From Candidatus Sulfomarinibacteraceae bacterium (lineage in GTDB: Bacteria > Acidobacteriota > Thermoanaerobaculia > Thermoanaerobaculales > Sulfomarinibacteraceae): 64,000 nucleotides of DNA. The notes beneath the pieces were generated by a model. It was not told the origin of the DNA and searched no databases. It saw nothing but the letters and a program-made list of their open reading frames with translations. Positions 38,813 through 47,687 of the stretch are shown piece after piece. The DNA lies in the NCBI GenBank assembly GCA_963796455.1, contig CAWCLO010000004.1, positions 544,001-608,000 of the forward strand. The letters run 5' to 3'. The translations under genes were made by a program, and so were the position numbers. Within the stretch, counting starts at the first letter, position 1. The number at the start of each line of letters is the position of its first letter.

Positions 38813-39253
38813 TCAATGAAAACGACCGAGTCGCCGGTCGAGCATGAGGCTGGCTGTGAATGCGCCGCAGCAGGCTGCAACCACGGCCAGGATTTCTCCT
38901 CGGAGCCCGGTCGCAATCTCTGAACTCACGATCAGGTCGCCATATGCGGCCCAGCACATGGTCACAGCGACAATGCAGACGACACTCGAGAGGACGATCG
39001 CTGTCCCGGCCAACCATTTTTCCAGAAGACTCTCCGCCGGTCGCAGTACACCGGATTCCTCGGCCACGCGCACCGCGAAATCGGCCGGCAGCGGCACAAG
39101 CTCCTCGATTTCTTTGAGACGGCGGTGGAGATCGAGATACTCCTCGACCTGAGGTCGAGCTGTAGGAGGGGTCATTTCCTCGAACTCCTCGGGACCGAGA
39201 TCGACCAGTTCGTGCAATTTCTCTTGAATCTCATCGTCGCTCCAGGTGGTCAT
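38813..39253 (-). CDS. Probable membrane anti-sigma factor
   Basis: Overlaps the ECF stop codon (ATGA); N-terminal soluble part, LPADFAVRV, two TM helices. Confidence 0.72.
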   Translation of the reverse strand: MTTWSDDEIQEKLHELVDLGPEEFEEMTPPTARPQVEEYLDLHRRLKEIEELVPLPADFAVRVAEESGVLRPAESLLEKWLAGTAIVLSSVVCIVAVTMCWAAYGDLIVSSEIATGLRGEILAVVAACCGAFTASLMLDRRLGRFH

Positions 39254-39789
39254 TCGATCCTCCGTTTCAATATCTGACGGGCGCGAAAGAGGTGGCTTTT
39301 CACCGTGCCTGCTGGCATTGACAGGATGGCCGCAATCTCGGCAACGGACATCTCCTCCAGGTAGTACAGCCTGACGATTTCGCGGCCGGGTTCGGGTAGT
39401 TCGTCGACGACACTTAGCACCTGACGGGTGATGAGTCTTGGTTCTGCGGACGACGATTCGGTTGCTGCGATGTCCGTCGACTGGTGGTGAGCCGACGAGA
39501 GGGAATCGGTGAGCTTCTCCTCCTTCACAGCGCGCCTCCTGATGTGATTGAGTGTCACATTGCGCGCCACCCGCGCGATCCAGGCCTTGAGTGATCCGTT
39601 CTCGAAGGTGTGGAGCTTCTGGTGCACCCTCAGAAAGACCTCCTGGCAGAGCTCCTCCTGATCAGCCGGGTTGTGCACGAATCCTCCGACCACATGAAAG
39701 ACGAGTCCCTGATAACGGCGCACCAAGGTCACGAACGGTGCGGGTTGACCCCGTAACACTCCTTCCACGAGTTGGCGTTCGTCGTCCAC
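39250..39789 (-). CDS. ECF sigma factor (sigma-70 group 4)
   Basis: EELCQEVFLRV, KAWIARVARN and EIAAILSMPAGTVKSHLFRAR motifs; start codon uncertain (GTG 39789 or 39804). Confidence 0.9.
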   Translation of the reverse strand: MDDERQLVEGVLRGQPAPFVTLVRRYQGLVFHVVGGFVHNPADQEELCQEVFLRVHQKLHTFENGSLKAWIARVARNVTLNHIRRRAVKEEKLTDSLSSAHHQSTDIAATESSSAEPRLITRQVLSVVDELPEPGREIVRLYYLEEMSVAEIAAILSMPAGTVKSHLFRARQILKRRIE

Positions 39790-39798
39790 ATCTATAGA

Positions 39799-39863
39799 TA
39801 ACACCGTCAGGGAGCGTTTGGTTGCACCACTGTTTTGCAACCGCCGGTCCATTTGATGTGTCT
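39799..39863. promoter_or_regulatory. Back-to-back ECF-type promoters TGCAACC-N16-TGT(C/T)
   Basis: + strand TGCAACC 39836-39842 and TGTCT 39859-39863; - strand TGCAACC 39826-39820 and TGTTA 39803-39799. Confidence 0.72.
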
Positions 39864-39913
39864 TATGCCCCGACAGCGAAAAAATGGCTGAATCAAAAAC
39901 AGGAGGCACGGAC

Positions 39914-40258
39914 ATGACAGGCGGAGATATTTTCATGATCGTCGGGGCCCTCGCCCCGGTCATTCTCATCATTGGAATCATCAAGGTGGTCTCGGACAAC
40001 GTGACGCGGCGGCGGGCCATCGAGGCGGGCGGGTCCGGTGAAGCGATTCGTGAGCTCTTTCGCCGCCATCGTCTGCTCGAAGGGCAGGAGGCGCTCAAGT
40101 TCGGTCTGATTCTGGCGTCGATCGGGACGGCCCTCATGATCATCGAATGGACCGGAATGGAGGTCGCGAGCGCCGGGGCTCTCGGTCTGATCTTCCTGTT
40201 TCCAGGCCTCGCGCTTGTTGCGTTCCACCAGTTCACGCGGCCGGGTGGGGGAGAGTGA
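39914..40258 (+). CDS. Small 3-TM membrane protein, DUF6249-like
   Basis: RBS AGGAGG; TM-RRRAIEAG-ALKFGLIL pattern; divergent from the ECF sigma. Confidence 0.7.
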   Translation: MTGGDIFMIVGALAPVILIIGIIKVVSDNVTRRRAIEAGGSGEAIRELFRRHRLLEGQEALKFGLILASIGTALMIIEWTGMEVASAGALGLIFLFPGLALVAFHQFTRPGGGE

Positions 40259-40260
40259 CG

Positions 40261-41706
40261 ATGCGATATCCGGCGGTGTTGTTGGTAATGCTTGCCGCAG
40301 TCTGTCAGGGCTCAGCTCAGGCGACAGAGGCGGCCGATCGGTGCCAGGAAGTCGAGAAACAACTCGCTTCTCCGGGATCCTGTGGCCAAACCGGAAAAGA
40401 CCTGGCGCGCCTGCTTCAAGGCTACGCCGGATTCGGATTTTCCGGTGCAGTTCTTGTTGCCCGCGGTGAAAAGATACTCTTGCACGAAGCCTATGGCCTG
40501 GCCGACAGCGATACCGGTCGGGCAAATCTCGTCACCACCAGGTTTCCGTTGCTCTCCATCACAAAGACAATGGTGGCAACGGGCTTGTTGCACCTGGCAG
40601 ACGAAAAGAAACTCGACCTGGAGAGCCCGATCTCGACTTATCTCGGAGAGTTCCCGGAGGAAAAATCCGCCGCCACGACCCACGACCTCCTGACGCACAC
40701 TGCCGGTTTGATTCAAGAGGGATACAGCACTCGGAGCGCGCTGCGGGACGAGTTTATTGTCAACGTGAAAAATGCCCCATTCGAGACCGCTCCTGGAGAG
40801 AGCTGGCGTTATTCCAACGCGGCCTACAGCCTCGCCGCGGCGCTGATCGAAGTGGTGTCGGGAACGACCTGGGAGGCGTACCTGTCCGAGACCGAATTCA
40901 AACCCGCCGGGATGCAAAGCGCAGCGGTTCTTCGCGGTGTTTTTCCTGCTGATGTCGCCTCCGGCCATCGCGGTGACGCCATCAATCGAAGGGTGATGAA
41001 CTTCAGTGATGCCCCGCCGTACGTCAGCGAACTCTGGTGGGGTGCTGCGGGAGCCACGGGTGTGGTCTGCACGGTCGCAGATCTCTATCGATGGTTGAAC
41101 GCCCTCGCCCAGAATCGACTCATCTCAGAAGAAAGCCGCGAGCGATTGATGACCGCTCATATTCGAGACCAGGGTTACGGCGTTCATGTCGACGAAATCG
41201 AGGGGAGCCTTCGCATCTGGAAGGGCGGGGGAGCTCCGAATTACGAGACTCAGATGGCGTGGTATCCGGATGATGACACCATCGTCGTGATCGCCATGAA
41301 CGATCATGTTGGGTGGAGGGTGCCCGTCTGGTCGGCGATCGAGGGTTTGCTTTTCAATAACGAGTTGGTGCCGCTCCCCGAGGTCCTTGACTCAATCGGC
41401 ACCACGGTCAAACCTCCCGTCGGTAGCTTCCGTACGTCTGCCGGAGAAGAAGTTCGTTTCGTTTTCGAGTCGGGTCTTTTTGTTTACGAACCCGTCGCAA
41501 TTGCCGAGGAAAGCACCCTTCCGCAAAAACCCCTTGTGATGAAGCAACTGAAGGAAGGCGGTTTTGCGGGAATCGAGGTCGTGGCTGCCCGACCTGAAAC
41601 GCCGGTGACCCGGTTGCGGATCGAAAAGGGGAACCCCAGTCTGGTGCTGCCGGATGGAACGGTGATCAAACTGATCCCGGCCGGCGGCTCTCCCGAAGAA
41701 GGCTGA
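40261..41706 (+). CDS. Exported serine hydrolase (beta-lactamase class C-like)
   Basis: FSGAVLV, SITK (SxxK), LLTHTAG and YSN motifs; signal peptide. Confidence 0.88.
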   Translation: MRYPAVLLVMLAAVCQGSAQATEAADRCQEVEKQLASPGSCGQTGKDLARLLQGYAGFGFSGAVLVARGEKILLHEAYGLADSDTGRANLVTTRFPLLSITKTMVATGLLHLADEKKLDLESPISTYLGEFPEEKSAATTHDLLTHTAGLIQEGYSTRSALRDEFIVNVKNAPFETAPGESWRYSNAAYSLAAALIEVVSGTTWEAYLSETEFKPAGMQSAAVLRGVFPADVASGHRGDAINRRVMNFSDAPPYVSELWWGAAGATGVVCTVADLYRWLNALAQNRLISEESRERLMTAHIRDQGYGVHVDEIEGSLRIWKGGGAPNYETQMAWYPDDDTIVVIAMNDHVGWRVPVWSAIEGLLFNNELVPLPEVLDSIGTTVKPPVGSFRTSAGEEVRFVFESGLFVYEPVAIAEESTLPQKPLVMKQLKEGGFAGIEVVAARPETPVTRLRIEKGNPSLVLPDGTVIKLIPAGGSPEEG

Positions 41707-41931
41707 GCGTTTCGAAACCCGGGCCGAACGGGCCACCCCTGATGCAATTCGAAAACCGTTTGCATTGACATTGTTTTGAGATCATGTCTTAATAATGAAA
41801 TCGAGACTCCGAACAAAAATTGACCGCAATGGCGCCAGGTTTGTGTGCGCGGTGTTTCGCGCATTGATGGCTCGAGAATCAAGACTTGGAAACCGGGGCG
41901 CCACCGCCGCGACGAAGGAAAGGATTTCAAA

Positions 41932-42219
41932 ATGAAATACATGATCTACTGGCGTATCCAGGAGGACAAAAGGCACGATGCTCTGAAGGGATTTTCCGCG
42001 ATGAATTCGGCCGATGACGAGCCCGGTCTCAGTGCTCTCAACTTCATCGGCCGCTGGCACGACGTGGTCGGCTTCACCGGGGTCGCCATTGTCGAGACCG
42101 ACGATCCCAAGGCCCTCGGTAGGTGGTTGCTGAACTGGAATCACATCTGCAACATCGAGGCCACCCCGGTGCTCGACGACAATGAGACCAGAGAACTCGG
42201 GCGTGAATTTCTGAGCTAG
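41932..42219 (+). CDS. DUF3303-like protein, copy A
   Basis: MKYMIYW, IGRWHD, GVAIVETDD and TPVLDD motifs. Confidence 0.82.
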   Translation: MKYMIYWRIQEDKRHDALKGFSAMNSADDEPGLSALNFIGRWHDVVGFTGVAIVETDDPKALGRWLLNWNHICNIEATPVLDDNETRELGREFLS

Positions 42220-42313
42220 TCGCGGCGATCTGCGACCAACCAGGGTGACGCCGTCCGCTTTCCGGCCGCTCTCGAACGAGGGTGCCCTGGATACCGCGAG
42301 AAAGCGAGAAAGA

Positions 42314-43099
42314 ATGATTCAAATGGTAGATTCAGCATCGTTTGACCTGGGGGGTCGTGTCGCCATCGTCACCGGAGGGAATGGCGGTATCGGCCGCGGC
42401 ATTGCCCTCGGTTTTGCAAAGGCCGGTGCCGCGGTGGCTGTTTTCGGTCGCAACGAGGAAAAAAACGCGACGACGCTCGCGGAGCTGAAGGAGGCCGGTG
42501 CGCGGGCGGTCGAGGTCAAGGTCGACCTGACCGAGCGCGGCGCGCTCGAACCGGCCGTGCGCCGGGTGGAGAACGAACTCGGCCCGGTCGATATTCTGGT
42601 CAACAACGCGGGTATCGTCTCGCTCAGTGGGGGTATTCTGCAGGAGACTTCCGAATCCTGGGACGAGGTGATCGAGACCCAGTTGAACTCGGTCTTTCTG
42701 CTCTCGAAGGTCGTCGCCGCGTCGATGGCAGAACGCCAACACGGCAAGATCATCAACGTCGGAAGCATGTACTCGTACTTCGGTTCAGGGCTGATTCCCT
42801 CCTACTGCGCCGCCAAGGGCGCGATCGTGCAATTGACCAAGTCGATGGCGATCGAGCTTGCACCGCACGGCATCCAGGTCAACGCCATCGCGCCCGGATG
42901 GTTCGAGACCGATATGACAGCCCCGGTCCGGTCGGAGGAGATGAAGGCGATGAACGACGAGATCCTTTTGCGCACCCCCGCGGCGCGCTGGGGTCAGCCC
43001 GAAGAGTGTGCCGGGCCGGCGATTTTCCTCGCCTCCGAGGCCTCGGACTTCGTCACCGGAGAGACGATTCGAGTCGACGGAGGTTATGCGATCCGCTGA
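42314..43099 (+). CDS. SDR oxidoreductase (KduD/gluconate dehydrogenase-like)
   Basis: TGGNGGIG, NNAG, YCAAK, NAIAPG and VDGG motifs. Confidence 0.92.
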   Translation: MIQMVDSASFDLGGRVAIVTGGNGGIGRGIALGFAKAGAAVAVFGRNEEKNATTLAELKEAGARAVEVKVDLTERGALEPAVRRVENELGPVDILVNNAGIVSLSGGILQETSESWDEVIETQLNSVFLLSKVVAASMAERQHGKIINVGSMYSYFGSGLIPSYCAAKGAIVQLTKSMAIELAPHGIQVNAIAPGWFETDMTAPVRSEEMKAMNDEILLRTPAARWGQPEECAGPAIFLASEASDFVTGETIRVDGGYAIR

Positions 43100-43166
43100 A
43101 TTCAGCGATCTCGAGCGTGTCGTGGCCGAGGATATTGAGAAGTGGGTTGTCGCGCGAGTCGTGGTT

Positions 43167-43643
43167 TCAGTCCACTTTCCGTAACGCATTGAATGCACTG
43201 GTGATCAGCAGGTAAGAAGCAAACCACAAAGGAATCATCACCAGTGTCGTCATGGTGTTCATGTTTTCAGCGTCCTCGAGCATGATTGCGGCGGCGATCA
43301 GTGCGGCGGCCCACAGGATGGCGTGACCGAGGATCAGACGATTGGCCTGTTTTCGCAGTGTCGGATCGGTGATCGTGCCTGTGCCGGAGAGCTTGCGGTC
43401 GAGTTCGCACAGGCGTGAAATAAACGAGCGGTTCTTCGAATATTCGGTCATCAGCATCTTGGTTTCTCCCATTCGTTCGGTGGCGGTTGCAAAGGCCTGC
43501 TCTTCGCTCAATCCGGTGGCTTGAAGCCCTTCGATCTCGCTCAGCAGATGGTCTTCGAGTTCGGCGAGGTTTTCATTCTGGGCGCTGTCGGCGGGTACGA
43601 TGGCGGCGCACCACGCGCGCACCTCCTGATCAAGCTGAAACAT
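43167..43643 (-). CDS. Permease-prefix-domain membrane protein
   Basis: ELEDHLLSEIE...GLSEEQAF..A.ERMG followed by two TM helices; overlaps the PadR 3' end. Confidence 0.78.
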   Translation of the reverse strand: MFQLDQEVRAWCAAIVPADSAQNENLAELEDHLLSEIEGLQATGLSEEQAFATATERMGETKMLMTEYSKNRSFISRLCELDRKLSGTGTITDPTLRKQANRLILGHAILWAAALIAAAIMLEDAENMNTMTTLVMIPLWFASYLLITSAFNALRKVD

Positions 43644-43971
43644 TGTCTTCTCCTTCGAGCTTTTCGAGCATGGCGTGAATGTCGTGCCAATGCTTGCGTT
43701 GCAAATCGAGTTCCGTCCGTCCGTTGGCGCTGAGCTGGTAGTACTTGCGGCGGCGTCCGTTGTCGGCCTTGCCCCAGTGCGAACGCACCAGGCCCTTCTT
43801 CTCCAGGCGGTGGAGAATGGGGTAGAGCATGCCTTCGGCCCATTCCATCTCGCCGCCCGAGATCTCCCGGACCTGCTGGATGATGGCGTAACCGTAACTG
43901 TCGCCGTGGCTGAGGATCGACAACACCAACGGCGTGGCCGAGGCGGCGACCAGGTCCTTGTTGAGCGTCAT
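43630..43971 (-). CDS. PadR family transcriptional regulator
   Basis: SYGYAII, EGMLYPILHRLE and RRKYYQLSANG motifs. Confidence 0.93.
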   Translation of the reverse strand: MTLNKDLVAASATPLVLSILSHGDSYGYAIIQQVREISGGEMEWAEGMLYPILHRLEKKGLVRSHWGKADNGRRRKYYQLSANGRTELDLQRKHWHDIHAMLEKLEGEDNVSA

Positions 43972-44003
43972 TCGAACGATTTCCTCATGGGCTTTCTCCT
44001 ATA

Positions 44004-44050
44004 CCTAGGAATTCTAGGGTTAGTATGCATAGATATTCTAGGTATGTCAA
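44004..44050 (-). promoter_or_regulatory. Sigma-70 promoter of the PadR gene with two C(C/A)TAG-N5-CTAGG operators
   Basis: - strand TTGACA-17 nt-CATACT; inverted repeats at 44004-44018 and 44028-44042. Confidence 0.75.
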
Positions 44051-44467
44051 GGAGCGCTGTTTTCGGGCGTTCGGCTCGAAGCGGGTTTTTGGTCCCGATA
44101 GGATCGCTTCATAGGCGGCGAAAGGGCCGCGTAAACATTTGTTGATTTGTACAGGTTGGTGTCACGGGTCGACAATTGCGTGAATTTGGACGTGCCACCC
44201 GTCCGCACGCCACGGAATGTGCAACTTTTTTCGTGGCATCTATGACTTGATTGCCCATGTGACCGAGGAAGTCCTAGGGCTCTGCTGTCAGACACTGTCG
44301 CGTTTCTTAGGCGATAATCTGAAACCAAGAATCATTAACGATTAAGTTTCTGCAATACACATTTATTAAAAGTGTACATTTCTGAGACCGAAGATTGGCA
44401 CTGTGTTAAGATCTTGCCGCAAACCCGCGTTGAGTGTGAGGAGTCGAGAACCGAGGATGGCCGGGAT

Positions 44468-45381
44468 ATGCATCGGTTTCTAAGAAATGCCGATTGCAGA
44501 TCTGGGAGGCGAGCGGCAGTTCGTTTGACCTTCCTTGTCCTGTGGACTGTGCTGCCGGGGTGCAGCACGACCACGGTAAAGGGAGCAATCGATCCATCCT
44601 GCGGACCCCAAGATATTTCTCAAGTCGTGATGGAGACGGCGCAGGGTCGGATCGTTTTCGAGCTGCTCCCGTCAGCCGCGCCGCGAGCGGTCGATCAGAT
44701 CATTCGTCTTGTCAACGGCCCGTTTATTCGCCATGAAATCACCGGTGATCAAGAAAGAACCGATTTCGCTGGCTACTACGACGGCCTCGTTTTCGATCTG
44801 GCATTTCCGCACAATAGCCTGGCGACCTCGGTGCGTCCTCCACCCGACCTGATCCTCATCCCGACCATGATCGACGCATCGGCGGTCGGGCTTGATGAAC
44901 GAAGAATCCTCACAGCCAACGAAGCCAACAAACTTTGGCAATTCGAACTTTTCCCGTTCCAGGCTGGTTTCGCATCGGATGACGAAATGCATCCGCGGAT
45001 GCGGGAATGGCTCAATCGTTGGGGTGAAACCCAAAGCTCTGATTTCTTGATCGGAGTGTCTCAGCAGGAGATCAACGAGGCGCTCGGATACAAATACGTG
45101 CGGGGGTTGGAATCGCGAAAAAACACCCGCGGCGCCGTCGCCCTCGAGCCATTCGATGCTACCCGAGATCGACCCCGCGGTTGGTGATCCTACTGGCCGA
45201 TGCACCGCACTTCGACGGTCGGCGGATGGTCGTAGGGAGCGTGGTCTTCGGACTGGAGCATTGCGGACGCCATATCGTCGCGCCGCTGATCCCCGCCAAA
45301 GCCGTCAAAAACCGGCCGGTGGTGCCGGTGCAGATTCGACGAATGCCGGCATCGAATGCCGGTCACCGAGTGATCCGATAG
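44468..45381 (+). pseudogene. Cyclophilin-type peptidyl-prolyl isomerase lipoprotein, frameshifted near 45175
   Basis: Lipobox LPGC; METAQGRIVFELLPSAAPRAV, YYDGLVF, TRGAVAL; continues in another frame as PHFDGRRMVVGSVVFGLE. Confidence 0.68.
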
Positions 45382-45402
45382 ACGGATCGAAGGGAGCCCG
45401 TG

Positions 45403-47100
45403 ATGTCGAAAAGGAATCAGGTGCTGTTCTGCCTCGCCACCATCTACGGCAATGGCGGTATGCCTCCAGCTGTACGCCACCGAGAAGCCGCCGGTGGAGT
45501 CCGGTCCCAAGGGACCACATGACCCTGAATGGTTCGGAGGCGGGCAACGACACGCCGGTGGAATTGTATGGATTGTGCCCGTGGTCGTCACGATGTCCGA
45601 GGTGCCTGAAACTCCTGTTCCGGCCAAGTCCGCCAATGATCTCAGGGTTCATTTCCAGGGTGAGTTCCAGCAGCACCAGGCAACGCGATCGCGGCGGTCG
45701 GCGATCTCGAGTACGGAGCGTGGCGAGGCCACGGTGATGATCGATCTCGAATCCCCGGCTCCGAGCGTCGGCGAGTCCAAACGCTCCAGGCGCGGGAGTG
45801 GTCGCTTTCGATGGGGCGCCTGCTACCGGTTGGATCCCTCCGGACACGGTGATGGCTGTCGGTGAGGAATATATCGTCGAGGCCGTCAACTCGGGTTTTC
45901 AGGTCTTTACCAAGACCGGCCTCCAGACCCGCGCCTACACTGATTTCTCGTCCTTCGTCAATCTGCCGACACCGTGGAACGGTTTCTGCTTTGATCCGCG
46001 CGTCGTCTACGATCCCTGGCAAGACCGGTTCGTGATGTTGATCCTGGGCCTCGACAACACCAATCTGAAATCCTATTTCTGGATCATGGTGTCGCAGACA
46101 TCGAATCCCAACGGCGATTGGTTTCTCGTATCGCTTCGATTCCACCACGGGGGACCCCGGCTCGGAGCAGTGGCTCGATTTTGCGAGCCTCGGGTCGGAT
46201 CCGTGGGGAGTGTATGTGGTCGGCAACTCGTTCCCATTTGCGCGGAGGCCAGAGGATTTCAGCAGAGCCGCCTGTGGACGATCAGCCGCGAGGTCATGAG
46301 CGGCGGGACGGCCGCCTTCATCTTCATGAACGATCTGCGGGTGGCCGAACGGCGATCTCGCCTTCGGTGTGCAAGTGGCCCAGGCCCAGAAAGCCAGAGT
46401 GCGTTGGAGGCGACATTCTTCATCAACAGCTATTCAGCGTCCGGCACCGAGGTCTGTCTGTGGCAGCTCACCGGGGATCGCTTTTCGGGGCAGGGGATGG
46501 GTGCCACCACGCTAAACCGCTCCGCCATCGCCGGCTCGTACCTACTTCGGCATCTTTCACAACGTGGACCAGCCGGGCAGCGATTGGGACATCGATGGCG
46601 GCGATGCCAGAATCCAGAACGCGGTCTATGCCCAAGGAAAGGTTTACACCACCTTCGCCCTCGATTGGGATGGCAGTCAGAGCTACAGCGAGGTTTATGT
46701 GGCGGCCTTCAACACCGGCGACGGAAGCAAGGCGTGGGATCATTCGACTCTGGAAAGCCAGGACTATTTCATGTTCTATCCGGCGTTGGCGGTGGAGGGC
46801 GGAGAGGAGCACCCAAATTGGATGGTGGCCATGAGCATGACAGTGCCCTCAGACCCGCTCGGGTATGCCGGAACGGTTGGGGTCACCCACGATCCGGGCC
46901 ACCAATAGTGGCAGCTTCGGTGTGGGACCGCCAGGGGCTCGGACCCTACTCGGTATGGGACGGTGGCTCGGAGGGGGTCGGCAAGAAACAGGTGGGGCGA
47001 CTACAGCATGGCGGTGTACGACTGGACCTGCAAAAACGCATGGGGTGCGGCCGAGTACGCCGACCGCCTCCAATTCGTATGCAGCCGGAACGCCTGGCGC
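45403..47100 (+). pseudogene. Large secreted beta-rich protein broken by many single-base indels
   Basis: Fragments in alternating frames: PPDTVMAVG..VEAVN, FDPRVVYD, WLDFASLG, FMFYPALAV, NRWGDYS, WGAAEYA; 3' end unclear. Confidence 0.7.
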
Positions 47101-47252
47101 CGTCGCCGACCGTGCAGTGGACGCCCCGCGATGGTCGCCGCAATCTGCGGCACTCGGAGGACCACTCGATTCACGGTCGCGGCCGATACCCGAACGAATC
47201 ACGCCTTGGAAATCCCGTTCGCCTCGGCTAATCTTACGAAATGGAATTCAAA

Positions 47253-47540
47253 ATGAAATATATGATTCAGTGGCGTGTACACGAGGACAAGAGGCACGAG
47301 GCTCTGAGCGCGTTTTCCGAAATGACCTCCGCCGACGACGAACCGGGCCTCAGCGACCTCAATCTGATCGGCCGCTGGCATGACGTGATCGGATTGACGG
47401 GTGTCGCAATTGTGGAGACCGACGATCCCAAGGCCTTGTCGATGTGGTTGCTGAACTGGAACAAATTCATCGACATCGAGGCCATCCCGGTGTTCGACGA
47501 TGAGGAGACCAAAGCCCTCTGGCGCGAATACGAGGGTTAG
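47253..47540 (+). CDS. DUF3303-like protein, copy B
   Basis: 68/95 aa identical to copy A by manual count. Confidence 0.82.
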   Translation: MKYMIQWRVHEDKRHEALSAFSEMTSADDEPGLSDLNLIGRWHDVIGLTGVAIVETDDPKALSMWLLNWNKFIDIEAIPVFDDEETKALWREYEG

Positions 47541-47687
47541 TCGAATAGACGCTACATTCATCCTATGGAGAATCGAAGGGGCGGGGTAGATCCCCGCCGC
47601 GGCTGTCTCAACTCGAGAAGGACCTTCTACCAGGCCAGGGATGCACGACCGATTGAGAATTGAAACCGTGGCTTCCGAACCAGTTCG

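Noticed and set aside
41765..41800. Sigma-70 promoter upstream of DUF3303 copy A (TTGACA present)
   Set aside because: The -10 box is ambiguous at 17-19 nt spacing, so it is not supported well enough to list
45185..45187. TGA ending the cyclophilin ORF as a read-through codon
   Set aside because: Cyclophilin-like sequence continues in a different frame, so this is a frameshift
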